NCBI GenBank assembly: GCA_963708135.1
Contig: OY970192.1
Location: 4,544,001-4,608,000, forward strand
Reading direction: 5' to 3'
DNA from: an uncultured Gemmatimonadales bacterium
GTDB taxonomy: Bacteria > Gemmatimonadota > Gemmatimonadetes > Longimicrobiales > RSA9
Length of the DNA: 64,000 nt
Both the position numbers and the translations under genes were made by a program. The notes beneath the pieces are model-generated. The model saw only the letters and a program-made list of their open reading frames with translations, did no database searches and was not told the DNA's origin. Shown here piece by piece: positions 21,463 to 32,299 of this stretch; position 1 is the first letter of the stretch, and each line of letters opens with the position of its first letter.

Positions 21463-22098
21463 TCACGGACGCAGGGTGCGGCGGATGCGCTGGATCTCCT
21501 CGGTCTTCTCCGCCAGCTGCCGGTCCTTCTCGGCCAGCGCGTCGTCGAGCTGATGCACCCGCGCCTGGAGCGTGTCGCGCTCCGCCTGCAGCCGGGCCAG
21601 GCGGACGGTGATCGGCTCCCCCGGCAGTCGAGGCAGCGCGCGGTCCACCCGCGCCAGGGTCCGCTGCGCCGCCCCCGCCTCCGCACGGGCGCTGTCCGCC
21701 TGCGCCTGCGCGCTGTCCGCGCGCGCCGTCACGGCGCCCAGCTCCAGCGCCATGAGATACAAGGTACTCGCCGCCGGCGCCACCCAACGCTCCTCCGTCC
21801 GCAGCCGGAGATACCCCCCCGCCAGCCGCGCGCCCTCATCCATCCGCCGCTGCGGGTTGCGCGGATCGAGCTCCGCGGCGGCGAGCGCGAGAAGCGCGTG
21901 CCGTCCGTCCTCGTCGTCCGGCGAGGCCTGGTAGGCGGCGGTGAGCTGCCGGGCCGCGCGGCCATAATCCGCCGTGTCGAGCGCGCCGAGTCCGGCCTGC
22001 AGGTGGTTCTCCGCGTCCCCGCCCTGTGCGAGATGGAGGACGGAGCACGCCGCGAGGCCGGACGTGCACACGGCGAGCAGCAGCGCGTTGCGGTTCAT
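21463..22098 (-). CDS. Lipoprotein with TPR-like helices and C-terminal coiled coil (QseG/YfhG-like architecture)
   Basis: GAAGGAG RBS; lipobox LAAC; C-terminal heptads LQAERDTLQARVHQLDDALAEK. Confidence 0.7.
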   Translation of the reverse strand: MNRNALLLAVCTSGLAACSVLHLAQGGDAENHLQAGLGALDTADYGRAARQLTAAYQASPDDEDGRHALLALAAAELDPRNPQRRMDEGARLAGGYLRLRTEERWVAPAASTLYLMALELGAVTARADSAQAQADSARAEAGAAQRTLARVDRALPRLPGEPITVRLARLQAERDTLQARVHQLDDALAEKDRQLAEKTEEIQRIRRTLRP

Positions 22099-22345
22099 GG
22101 GATGGCTCCTTCGTCGGGATCTTGGCTCCCCGCGGCGTCCGTGCGAGGCCGGGGATGCAAGCCTCGCGCCCGGGGGCGCCCGGTGTCCGCGCCGCCTGCG
22201 CGGGTCCGGCACACTGTCTGCATGCGCCCCGCCGTGCCCCCCGCGTCTCCCCGGACCGGGCGCGACTCGGTCGCGGCCCGTGCGGTGGCATTCGTGTAAC
22301 TCCATATTGCGCGTGATGGGACGCTCCCCCAACCCGGACAGAACC

Positions 22346-23179
22346 ATGTCGAGCGAATCTCCGCGGGTCTCCTCCGCGCCCGAGCTCGAGACTGTGCCGC
22401 AGCCGGACGCGGCCGGCTCGGAGGAGGGCAAGTACGTCTACTGCGTCATCAAGAGCGCCGACAGCCGGGAGTTCGGGCCGATCGGCATCGGGGAGGGCGG
22501 CAACCGGGTCTACACCGTGCACCACCAGGATCTCGCGGCGGTCGTCAGCGACACGCCGATCCGCATCTACGACCCCACCCGCGAGAACGTGCTCGCGCAC
22601 GAGCTGGTGAACGAGAGCGTGATGCGCGAGTTCACCGTCATCCCGATGTCCTTCGGCACTATTTTCAGGACCAAGGACGACATTGTCGAGCTGCTGAAGT
22701 CGACCTACCGCGCCTTCGACGATGTGCTCGAGAAGATGCGCGACAAGATCGAGTTCGGCCTGAAGGTGCTCTGGGACCGGGAGAAGGTCGTTGCCCGCCT
22801 CGAGGAGGACGACGAGGAGATCCGCCGCCTCAAGCAGGAGATCACCGGCAACGCCCAGAGCTCGACCTACTTCGCCCGGATGCAGCTCGGCCGCCTCATC
22901 GAGAGCGCGCTCGAGCACACGGCCAACGTCTACGTCGTCGATATCCACGAGTCGCTCAAGCCGGTCGCCGTCGCCAGCCGATCCAACAAGCCGATCGGCG
23001 ACCGCATGATCATGAACGCCGCCTATCTCGTCGAGCGCTCCCGCGAGCACGACTTCGATGAGGCCGTCAAGGCGCTCAGCCGGAAATACGAGGAGCTGCT
23101 CTCCTTCAAGTACACCGGTCCCTGGCCGCCCTACAACTTCGTCAACATCAAGCTCCGCCTGGAGCGGGCGGACGCCTGA
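22346..23179 (+). CDS. gvpF: Gas vesicle protein GvpF/GvpL family
   Basis: KYVYCVI, AHELVNE, VIPMSFGTIF, YTGPWPPYNFV. Confidence 0.88.
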   Translation: MSSESPRVSSAPELETVPQPDAAGSEEGKYVYCVIKSADSREFGPIGIGEGGNRVYTVHHQDLAAVVSDTPIRIYDPTRENVLAHELVNESVMREFTVIPMSFGTIFRTKDDIVELLKSTYRAFDDVLEKMRDKIEFGLKVLWDREKVVARLEEDDEEIRRLKQEITGNAQSSTYFARMQLGRLIESALEHTANVYVVDIHESLKPVAVASRSNKPIGDRMIMNAAYLVERSREHDFDEAVKALSRKYEELLSFKYTGPWPPYNFVNIKLRLERADA

Positions 23180-23182
23180 GCC

Positions 23183-23593
23183 GTGGGGCTCCTCAAGCAC
23201 CTGCTCCTCTGGCCCGTGACGGGGCCTCTCTTCCTGACCGAGTTCTCGCTCGGCAAGGTGCAGGGCGTCGTGCGCCAGGAGCTCACCGATGACTCCGCCG
23301 TCAAGGCGGAGCTCCTCGAGCTGCAGCTCCAGCTCGAGCTCGGCGACATCGACGACGAGGAGTACCTCCGCCGCGAGGCCGCGCTCATGCGCCGGTTCCG
23401 CGAGATCCGCGAGTGGCGCGAGCGCTTCGGCATGGCCGTCGCCGGAGGGCTCGTGGGCGTGGCCGGGTCCGAGACGCCGCCGTCTGGCGACGAGGCGCTG
23501 GAGGAGGAGCGTGTGCCGGAATCCCGCCCCGACGAGCCCGCGGTCGCCGATCCCCACGATGCGACCATCGACGTGAATCTCGACTGGGAATAA
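23183..23593 (+). CDS. gvpG: Gas vesicle protein GvpG-like with acidic C-terminal tail
   Basis: LLLWPVTG...ELLELQLQLELGDIDDEEYLRREAALM pattern; follows gvpF. Confidence 0.8.
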   Translation: MGLLKHLLLWPVTGPLFLTEFSLGKVQGVVRQELTDDSAVKAELLELQLQLELGDIDDEEYLRREAALMRRFREIREWRERFGMAVAGGLVGVAGSETPPSGDEALEEERVPESRPDEPAVADPHDATIDVNLDWE

Positions 23594-23596
23594 GCC

Positions 23597-25465
23597 GTGG
23601 CCGACCGCCTCGCCGAGCGGCTCCGCGCGCGCCTCACCTTCGTGGTGGGCAAGGGTGGCGTGGGGAAGACGACGACGGCGTGCGCCCTCGCCCTCGCCTC
23701 CGCCGATGCCGGACGGCGCACTCACCTCGTCTCCACCGATCCCGCCCACTCGCTGGGCGATGTCCTGGATGAGCCGGCCGGCGCCGAGCCGCATCCCAGC
23801 CGCTGCTCGCCCCTGCTCACCCTCGAGGAGCTGGATGCGCCCATCCGCGGCCGTGATTGGCTCGACGCCTGGCGCACACCGCTGGCCGGCCTCCTCGAGC
23901 GTGGGACCTACCTGGACGCCGAGGACGTCGACCGCTTTCTCGAGCGGACCCTGCCCGGCATCGACGAGGTGATCGGCGCGCTCCGGCTGGTGGAGCTCGA
24001 GGCCGGGGATGCCGACCGGATCATCGTGGACACCGCCCCCGCCGGACATACGCTTCGGCTGCTCGATGTGCCCGCGCTGCTCGACGGCTGGGTCGATGCG
24101 CTCCGCGCCATGGCCGACAAGGCCGGGGCCGTCGCCCGCGGCCTGCTCGGCCGCGACGTGGCGGATCCGGCCGCGCCGCTCATCCACGAGCTCGAGCGGG
24201 GAGCCGTCGATCTCCGGGATCGAGTGCTGGCCGACGCCGACTTCGTGATCGTCTCCCGCGCCGAGCCGACCGTGCGCGCGCAGACCCGGCGGCTGGCCAC
24301 CGCTTTGCGCGCCCGCGGAATCGAGCCCGCCGCGGAGCTGCTGGTCGGGGCGCCGGCCGGTGCGCCGGGCGCGGCCGACGCCGGGCTGGTGCTGCCGGTG
24401 CCATGGCTCGCGGGGCTCCGGGGCTGCGCCGGGGTGCGCCGGTGGCGTTCCGGTCCGGGTGCAGCGCCGGCCGCACAGCCAGCCATCTCCGCGGCCGCGG
24501 AAGACGCCGAGGCCGGCCGGTCAGTCGGGCGGGAAGGGACCGCGCACGGTCGCCGCCGGGCCGCCGATCGCTGGTGCGTGGAGCGCGCGCGGGGGCTCAA
24601 CCTCTTCGCCGGGAAGGGCGGTGTCGGCAAGACGACATGCGCCTGCGCGCTTGCGCTCGCGCTGGCGGAAACGCGCCCCGTGACGCTCTTCAGCGCGGAC
24701 CCGGCGGGCTCGCTGTCCTCGGTCCTCGACGCGGAGATCCCCGAGGGCGGGGCCCGGCTGGGCGAGTTGCGCGTCCACCGGTCCGAGGCAGCCGCGGACC
24801 TCGCCGCGATCAGGGAGGCGCACGGCGCGAAGGTCGAGGAGGCGCTCGGTCGCCTGGGGATCGGCGGCCACGCCGAGCTCGATCGCCGGGTCCTCGAGGC
24901 GCTCTGGGGGCTCGCGCCGCCCGGAATCGACGAGATCGCCGCCCTGTTGGAGATGCTCCGCGCCACCGAGACGGATGCGGTGGTCGTGGTGGACGGCGCC
25001 CCGACCGGGCACTTCCTGCGGCTGCTCGAGATGCCCTCGACGGCTCTCGACTGGTCTCACTCGCTCATGCGCGTGTTCCTGAAATATCGTGTTTCCTACG
25101 GCCTTGACGAGGTGGTCGAGGGGGTGCTAGAGTTTGCGAACCGATTGAAGGATTTGATTTTCCGGCTCGAGGATCCGGCGCGCGCGGCCGCCTGGGTGAT
25201 CACGCTTCCGGAGCCCGTCGTACGGGCGGAGACTTCGCGCCTCACGCGCGCGCTCGCCCGCTCCGGCGTGCCGATCGCCGCCATCGTGACGAATCGGGCC
25301 GAAGCCGGCCCGCCCGGGCGCGGACGCCGAGGGTCCCGCGAGCGCCAGGCGGACGGTTCCCCGATTCCCGAGGTTCCCCGCCTGTTCGCCCCCGCCCTCG
25401 TGAAGCCGCCGGTCGGCCCGGACGCATTGCTCGCCTTCATCCACCGCTGGGAGCTCCAGGCTTGA
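23597..25465 (+). CDS. ArsA/GET3-family ATPase with two nucleotide-binding domains
   Basis: GKGGVGKTT twice; STDPAHSLGD; PGIDE twice; DTAPAGH and DGAPTGH. Confidence 0.9.
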   Translation: MADRLAERLRARLTFVVGKGGVGKTTTACALALASADAGRRTHLVSTDPAHSLGDVLDEPAGAEPHPSRCSPLLTLEELDAPIRGRDWLDAWRTPLAGLLERGTYLDAEDVDRFLERTLPGIDEVIGALRLVELEAGDADRIIVDTAPAGHTLRLLDVPALLDGWVDALRAMADKAGAVARGLLGRDVADPAAPLIHELERGAVDLRDRVLADADFVIVSRAEPTVRAQTRRLATALRARGIEPAAELLVGAPAGAPGAADAGLVLPVPWLAGLRGCAGVRRWRSGPGAAPAAQPAISAAAEDAEAGRSVGREGTAHGRRRAADRWCVERARGLNLFAGKGGVGKTTCACALALALAETRPVTLFSADPAGSLSSVLDAEIPEGGARLGELRVHRSEAAADLAAIREAHGAKVEEALGRLGIGGHAELDRRVLEALWGLAPPGIDEIAALLEMLRATETDAVVVVDGAPTGHFLRLLEMPSTALDWSHSLMRVFLKYRVSYGLDEVVEGVLEFANRLKDLIFRLEDPARAAAWVITLPEPVVRAETSRLTRALARSGVPIAAIVTNRAEAGPPGRGRRGSRERQADGSPIPEVPRLFAPALVKPPVGPDALLAFIHRWELQA

Positions 25466-26262
25466 GCCAGACCATCTACCTTTACGGCTTCGTGCCCGTG
25501 GGGACCCGGCTCCCCGAGCCGGGCCTCGCCGGGATCGCCGATCGGCCGGTCGAGCTCCTGGCCGTGGATGGCTGCGCCGCGGCGTTCAGCCGCGTCCCGG
25601 CGGAGGACTACGCCCCCGAGGAGGTGGAGGCGCGCGCCCGCGAGTTGAGGTGGGTCGCGGAACAGGGAGTCGCCCACGAGCGCGTCGTCGCCTGGTTCGT
25701 GGATCACGCCCGTATCCTGCCGGCGCCGCTGCTCACGCTCTACTCCTCCACGCCCGCGCTCGAGGCGCGGCTGCGGGAGCGGGAGAGCGAGATCGTGGCG
25801 CAGCTCGAGCGCTTCGCGGGGCTGAGGGAATGGGACCTGAAGGTGGCCTACGACGCGGCGATCCTCGAGCGGCACCTGGGCGACGCCTCCGAGGAGATCG
25901 CCGCCATCGACGAGCGCATCTCCACGGCCACGGCGGGGACCCGCTTCCTGCTCGAGCGGCAGCGGGCGGAGCGGGTGGGGGAGGAGCTCGGCAGGGCGGC
26001 GCGGCGGCTCGCCTCCGAGTTGTTCGATTCCCTCGCCCGCAACGCGGCGGAGGTGCGGGTCCTTCCGCTCGAACGTTCCGCCGGCGAGCTGCCGGTCGTC
26101 CTCGCCGCGGCGCTGCTCGTCGCCTCCCCCGCCGAGGAGGCGCTCGTACGCGAGGCGCGCCGGCGGGCGCAGGCGCTCGAGGCGCTCGGCGTCGATGTCG
26201 CCTTCTCGGGGCCCTGGGCACCGTACCGCTTCCTCGAAGCGGCGGAGGGCGCGGCCGGGTGA
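25462..26262 (+). CDS. gvpL: Gas vesicle protein GvpL/GvpF family
   Basis: IYLYGFV, AHERVV, EWDLKV, SGPWAPYRF. Confidence 0.85.
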   Translation: MSQTIYLYGFVPVGTRLPEPGLAGIADRPVELLAVDGCAAAFSRVPAEDYAPEEVEARARELRWVAEQGVAHERVVAWFVDHARILPAPLLTLYSSTPALEARLRERESEIVAQLERFAGLREWDLKVAYDAAILERHLGDASEEIAAIDERISTATAGTRFLLERQRAERVGEELGRAARRLASELFDSLARNAAEVRVLPLERSAGELPVVLAAALLVASPAEEALVREARRRAQALEALGVDVAFSGPWAPYRFLEAAEGAAG

Positions 26263-26460
26263 GCGCCGGGCACGAGGTCTCGGAGGAGCTCCGACTGGTG
26301 GAGCTCGTCAGCCGCGTGCTCGACCGCGGCGTCGTCGTCTCCGGCAATGTCGTGATCAGCGTGGCAGGCGTGGATCTCGTCTATCTCGGGCTCGAGCTCG
26401 ATGCTGACCTCGGTCGAGACCATGCGACGATACGGGTCCCCCCGTGGCGGGGAGCTCTGA
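26259..26460 (+). pseudogene. GvpA/J/S-family gas vesicle protein (GvpS-like) with a +1 frameshift at ~26400
   Basis: LVELVSRVLDRGVVVSGNVVISVAGVDLVYLGLEL then one extra G before MLTSVETM...GGEL*. Confidence 0.8.
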
Positions 26461-27145
26461 CCGCGTGTGGTATGCCTACTGCATCGTGGCGCCGGAATGC
26501 CGGCCACCTGAGGATCTAGCGGGGATCGGCGGTGGCATGGTCGAGGCGCGCGGCCTCGGCCCCTTCGGCTGCTGGCTCTCGCCCCTCGATGCGGTTCCCA
26601 CGCCGAGCATCGACGCGGTCCGCCGGCACAATGACATCGTCGAGCACGCAATGGCAGCCGGAGATACGCCGCTGCCGCTCCGCTTCGGCCAGTGCTTCGG
26701 CTCGCTCGAGGCGCTCGATGCGGCGTTCGACGAGAGAGAGGAGCGCCTTTCGGCCGCCCTCGCGGCCGTGGCCGGCTGCGCCGAGTACGGCATCCAGGTC
26801 CTCGACCCGGCGCGCGAGCGCATCCCGGCCGCGTCCGCCGCCGCGCCGGCGGGCAGCGGCCGCGAGTATCTGCGCATGCTGGCCGTCCGCCAGGCGGCGG
26901 AGCGGGCGATCGATTCGCGGGGACGCGAGCTGGCGGCGGAAATCCGTGCGCAAGTGGGTGCCGCCGTTGAGGGTGAACGCATCGAAGCGCTCCAGACGAC
27001 GCACGGCATCGTGCGACTGGTCCATTTGGTGCATCACGACGCCGGAGGGCGGTACCTTGAAGGGTTGGATGTGGTCCGTGCTCGCCTGCCCGAGCTTCGA
27101 TTCCTGGTCAGCGGCCCGTGGCCGCCCTACTCCTTCGCCGGATGA
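26444..27145 (+). CDS. Gas vesicle protein GvpL/GvpF family (third copy)
   Basis: WYAYCIV, RHNDIV, PLPLRFG, SGPWPPYSF. Confidence 0.85.
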   Translation: MAGSSDRVWYAYCIVAPECRPPEDLAGIGGGMVEARGLGPFGCWLSPLDAVPTPSIDAVRRHNDIVEHAMAAGDTPLPLRFGQCFGSLEALDAAFDEREERLSAALAAVAGCAEYGIQVLDPARERIPAASAAAPAGSGREYLRMLAVRQAAERAIDSRGRELAAEIRAQVGAAVEGERIEALQTTHGIVRLVHLVHHDAGGRYLEGLDVVRARLPELRFLVSGPWPPYSFAG

Positions 27146-27516
27146 GTGACGGAGCACAGGCGCCGGAGCGGCGGGCGCCAGGGTCTGCCCGGCTGGACGC
27201 GGACGACCCCGAGCTCTTCGCGGCGGAGCTGAGCGAGCTGGCGCCGTCGCTTCCGGCACGGATCGATGCGACCCGCGACACGATCGACAGCGGCCTCGCC
27301 AAGCTGGTGCTGACGCTGATCGAGTTCATCCGTCAGATCCTCGAGCACCAGGCCGTGCGGCGGATGGAGGGCGGCTCGCTTTCCGACGAGGAGGTCGAGC
27401 GGCTTGGACTGGCGCTCATGCGCCTGCAGGAGCGGCTGGAAGAGGTCAAGGCGACCTTCGGGTTGAGCGGCGAGGATCTCAACATCGATCTCGGCCCGCT
27501 CGGACGACTCCTTTAG
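27142..27516 (+). CDS. gvpK: Gas vesicle protein GvpK
   Basis: GLAKLVLTLIEFIRQILEHQAVRRMEGGSL...LNIDLGPLGRLL. Confidence 0.93.
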   Translation: MSDGAQAPERRAPGSARLDADDPELFAAELSELAPSLPARIDATRDTIDSGLAKLVLTLIEFIRQILEHQAVRRMEGGSLSDEEVERLGLALMRLQERLEEVKATFGLSGEDLNIDLGPLGRLL

Positions 27517-27530
27517 ACGGGGGCACGCGC

Positions 27531-27842
27531 TTGGCTGAACGATACGAGTTGGGCCCGCACCGCTCGCAGGGGCTGGTGGACATCCTCGACCGGATCCTGG
27601 ACAAGGGACTGGTGATCGCGGGCGACATCAAGGTCAATCTGGCGAACGTCGAGTTGCTGACGATCCAGATCCGACTTCTCGTGTGCTCGGTGGACAAGGC
27701 GGATCAGATCGGGCTGAACTGGTGGCGCACCGATCCCGCGCTGAGCGCGCGACCCGATATCGACCGTCTCGACTCGATCGGCGAGAAGCTCGATCGACTG
27801 GAGAGGCGGCTGGCCGCGATCGAGCGTGGTTCCATTGACTAG
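27531..27842 (+). CDS. gvpJ: Gas vesicle protein GvpJ-like
   Basis: [39 protein letters not shown]...NWW. Confidence 0.85.
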   Translation: MAERYELGPHRSQGLVDILDRILDKGLVIAGDIKVNLANVELLTIQIRLLVCSVDKADQIGLNWWRTDPALSARPDIDRLDSIGEKLDRLERRLAAIERGSID

Positions 27843-27874
27843 CAGAGCTCCACTCCCCGAACCGGAGATGGTTT

Positions 27875-28171
27875 ATGGCCGTTGAAAGGGCACCGGCTGG
27901 AAACAGTCTGATCGATGTTCTCGACCGGGTACTCGACAAGGGGATCGTGATCGATGCCTACGTTCGCGTCTCGCTGGTCGGCATCGACCTGGTGAGCGTG
28001 GAGGCCCGGATCGTGGTGGCGTCGGTGGAGACCTACCTCCGCTACGCCGAGGCGATCGGCCAGACGGGGGTCGCATCGCGGCCGCTCATGACGTCCGGCG
28101 CGACCTCGGACCTGGAGCGCGTGATGGCGGAGAACGTCGAGCTCAGGAAGAGGCTGGAAGAGCTGGGCTAG
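27875..28171 (+). CDS. gvpA: Major gas vesicle shell protein GvpA with C-terminal extension
   Basis: [52 protein letters not shown]. Confidence 0.93.
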   Translation: MAVERAPAGNSLIDVLDRVLDKGIVIDAYVRVSLVGIDLVSVEARIVVASVETYLRYAEAIGQTGVASRPLMTSGATSDLERVMAENVELRKRLEELG

Positions 28172-28172
28172 C

Positions 28173-30341
<2,169 letters not shown>

Positions 30342-30387
30342 CGCGCGCGGCGCTCGATACTCCGCGGCTACCGTGCCACCCCCGACC

Positions 30388-32286
30388 ATGCGCGCCCGGA
30401 TCTCACTCGTCCTGACCACCCTGGTCACGGTGTTCCTCATCGAGGGGCAGCGGGTCTTCTTCGGCTCCCTCTTCGGGCTCGTCTCGGACGCGCTCTTCCC
30501 GACCCTCCGCCCCGGCGCAGTGCTGCTGGTCATGGTGCCGGTGCTCCCGCTCCTGCTGCTGCTCATCCCCTTCTCGCGACGGGTGGCGAGGGCGCCGCTC
30601 GTCGCCGCCTCGGCCACCGCAGCCGGGCTCGCCCGCCTCGCGGTGCTGGCGCCGCCGTTTCCGGTGCGCGCGGCCGCCTCCGCCGTCACGATCGTGGCGG
30701 CCGGCCTGTTTCTCGCCAATGCGGTGGGCGAGCTCGAGCGGCGCAGCGTGGCCGCCGGCGTCGCGGGAGGGATCCTCCTGGACCAGCTGCTGCGCTGGGC
30801 TGGCCACACACGCGACCTGACGCTCGCGCCTGGCTGGCTCGTGCCGCAGGTCGGAACCAGCCTCATCGTCGGGCTCCTCGCCTATGCATGGCTGCGGGTC
30901 CGACCCACGGAGCACGAGGCCGGCCTCGAGCGCCGGACCGGCGGCCTGCGGCTGCGCGGAGCCGTCGCCCTCGGCATCATCCTCTTCCTCGAGAGCAACG
31001 TGCTGGCGGTGCCGGCGGTGGCGGCGCACTGGGCGGGGATCGACCTCCGGCTCACCCGCGCCGCGCTGGCGCTCGCGAGCGCCGCCGCGGTGCTCCGGCT
31101 CCTGACCGGTGGCGGGACCGCGCGCTTCTATCGCCGCAGGCTCCTGCTCATGGCGATCCTCGCGGCGCTACCGGCCATCCTGTTCGCCGGCCGGGTCTCC
31201 GGCATCCTGCTGGCCGCAGCGTTCGTGGCGGCCCACGCCTCCGCGCTGCTGCTGCTCGGCCGCGCGCTCGCTCCCGCGAGCGGCCGCCGCGGCGGCTGGA
31301 CGGTGCTGGCCACACTCGCGATCCTGCTGGCGCTCGACCTGCTCTTCGGCCTGACCTTCTTCTCCGCCTACACGATTGCGGCCATGCACGGGGCGGCGCC
31401 CTGGATCTTCTCCGGTGCCGCGCTCCTGCTCACGGCCGCGCTGATCCTGCTCCCGCGCCCGGCCCGCTCGGCGCCGCTCCTCGGCCGTGGCGCTGCGCTG
31501 GCGCTGTTCCTGACGTGTGCGGCGGCAGCCGGCGCCTGGCTTTTCCACGGGCGTGAGGCCGCCCCCCGCCTGCCGCCGGCGGACGCTCACGCGCCGGTGC
31601 GGGTCGCGACCTTCAACGTGCACCTGGGATTCGACGAGGAGTGGCGGCAGGACCCGGAGGCGATCGCCCGGGCGATCGAGGCGACGGGGGCGGACCTGGT
31701 CGCCCTGCAGGAGGTCCCGGTCGGGCTCGTAATGGCCTACAACATCGATCTCGGATCGTGGCTGGCGGATCGGCTCGGCATGCGGGTCTACTACGCGCCC
31801 ATCGTGCACGGGCTTCTGGGCAGCGCCTTCCTCACTCGTTTGCCCGCCACGGGCTTCCGTGCGTGGCTGCTCCCCGGCGGGCCGGGGCGGGCGGGCGCCG
31901 TCGAGCCCAAGGCGCTCCTCCGCCTGGAGCTGCCGGGAGATCGAGATACGCTTCCGGCCTATACCGTGCGCCTCGGTCTCACCCCCGGCGAGCGCGGTGC
32001 GGAGGTGGCGGCCATGCTGCGCCACATCTCCCCCGGGCCGGCGGTGCTGCTGGGCGACCTGAACGCGGGGGACGGGAGCGCCGTGGCCGCCGCCCTCGCG
32101 GCCGCGGGATTCGTCGATGCGTTCCGGCTGGCCGGCCTGCCCGCCCCACCGACCGCCCCGGCGCGTCGGCCCGCGCGGCGTATCGACTGGATCTGGGTCC
32201 GCGGTCTCACGGCGCGGGATCCGCGCGTGCTGCCGATGGCCGCCAGCGACCACAGGCCGGTGGCGGCCACCGTACTCCTCCGCTGA
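30388..32286 (+). CDS. Polytopic membrane protein with C-terminal EEP phosphoesterase domain (Cwh43/PGAP2IP-like architecture)
   Basis: Many TM helices, then TFNVH, LQEV, GDLN, IDWIW, SDH. Confidence 0.8.
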   Translation: MRARISLVLTTLVTVFLIEGQRVFFGSLFGLVSDALFPTLRPGAVLLVMVPVLPLLLLLIPFSRRVARAPLVAASATAAGLARLAVLAPPFPVRAAASAVTIVAAGLFLANAVGELERRSVAAGVAGGILLDQLLRWAGHTRDLTLAPGWLVPQVGTSLIVGLLAYAWLRVRPTEHEAGLERRTGGLRLRGAVALGIILFLESNVLAVPAVAAHWAGIDLRLTRAALALASAAAVLRLLTGGGTARFYRRRLLLMAILAALPAILFAGRVSGILLAAAFVAAHASALLLLGRALAPASGRRGGWTVLATLAILLALDLLFGLTFFSAYTIAAMHGAAPWIFSGAALLLTAALILLPRPARSAPLLGRGAALALFLTCAAAAGAWLFHGREAAPRLPPADAHAPVRVATFNVHLGFDEEWRQDPEAIARAIEATGADLVALQEVPVGLVMAYNIDLGSWLADRLGMRVYYAPIVHGLLGSAFLTRLPATGFRAWLLPGGPGRAGAVEPKALLRLELPGDRDTLPAYTVRLGLTPGERGAEVAAMLRHISPGPAVLLGDLNAGDGSAVAAALAAAGFVDAFRLAGLPAPPTAPARRPARRIDWIWVRGLTARDPRVLPMAASDHRPVAATVLLR

Positions 32287-32299
32287 GCCCGCGCCGGTC

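Noticed and set aside
23597..25465. Arsenic resistance locus
   Set aside because: No arsB/acr3, arsC, arsD or arsR; the gene is embedded among gvp genes.
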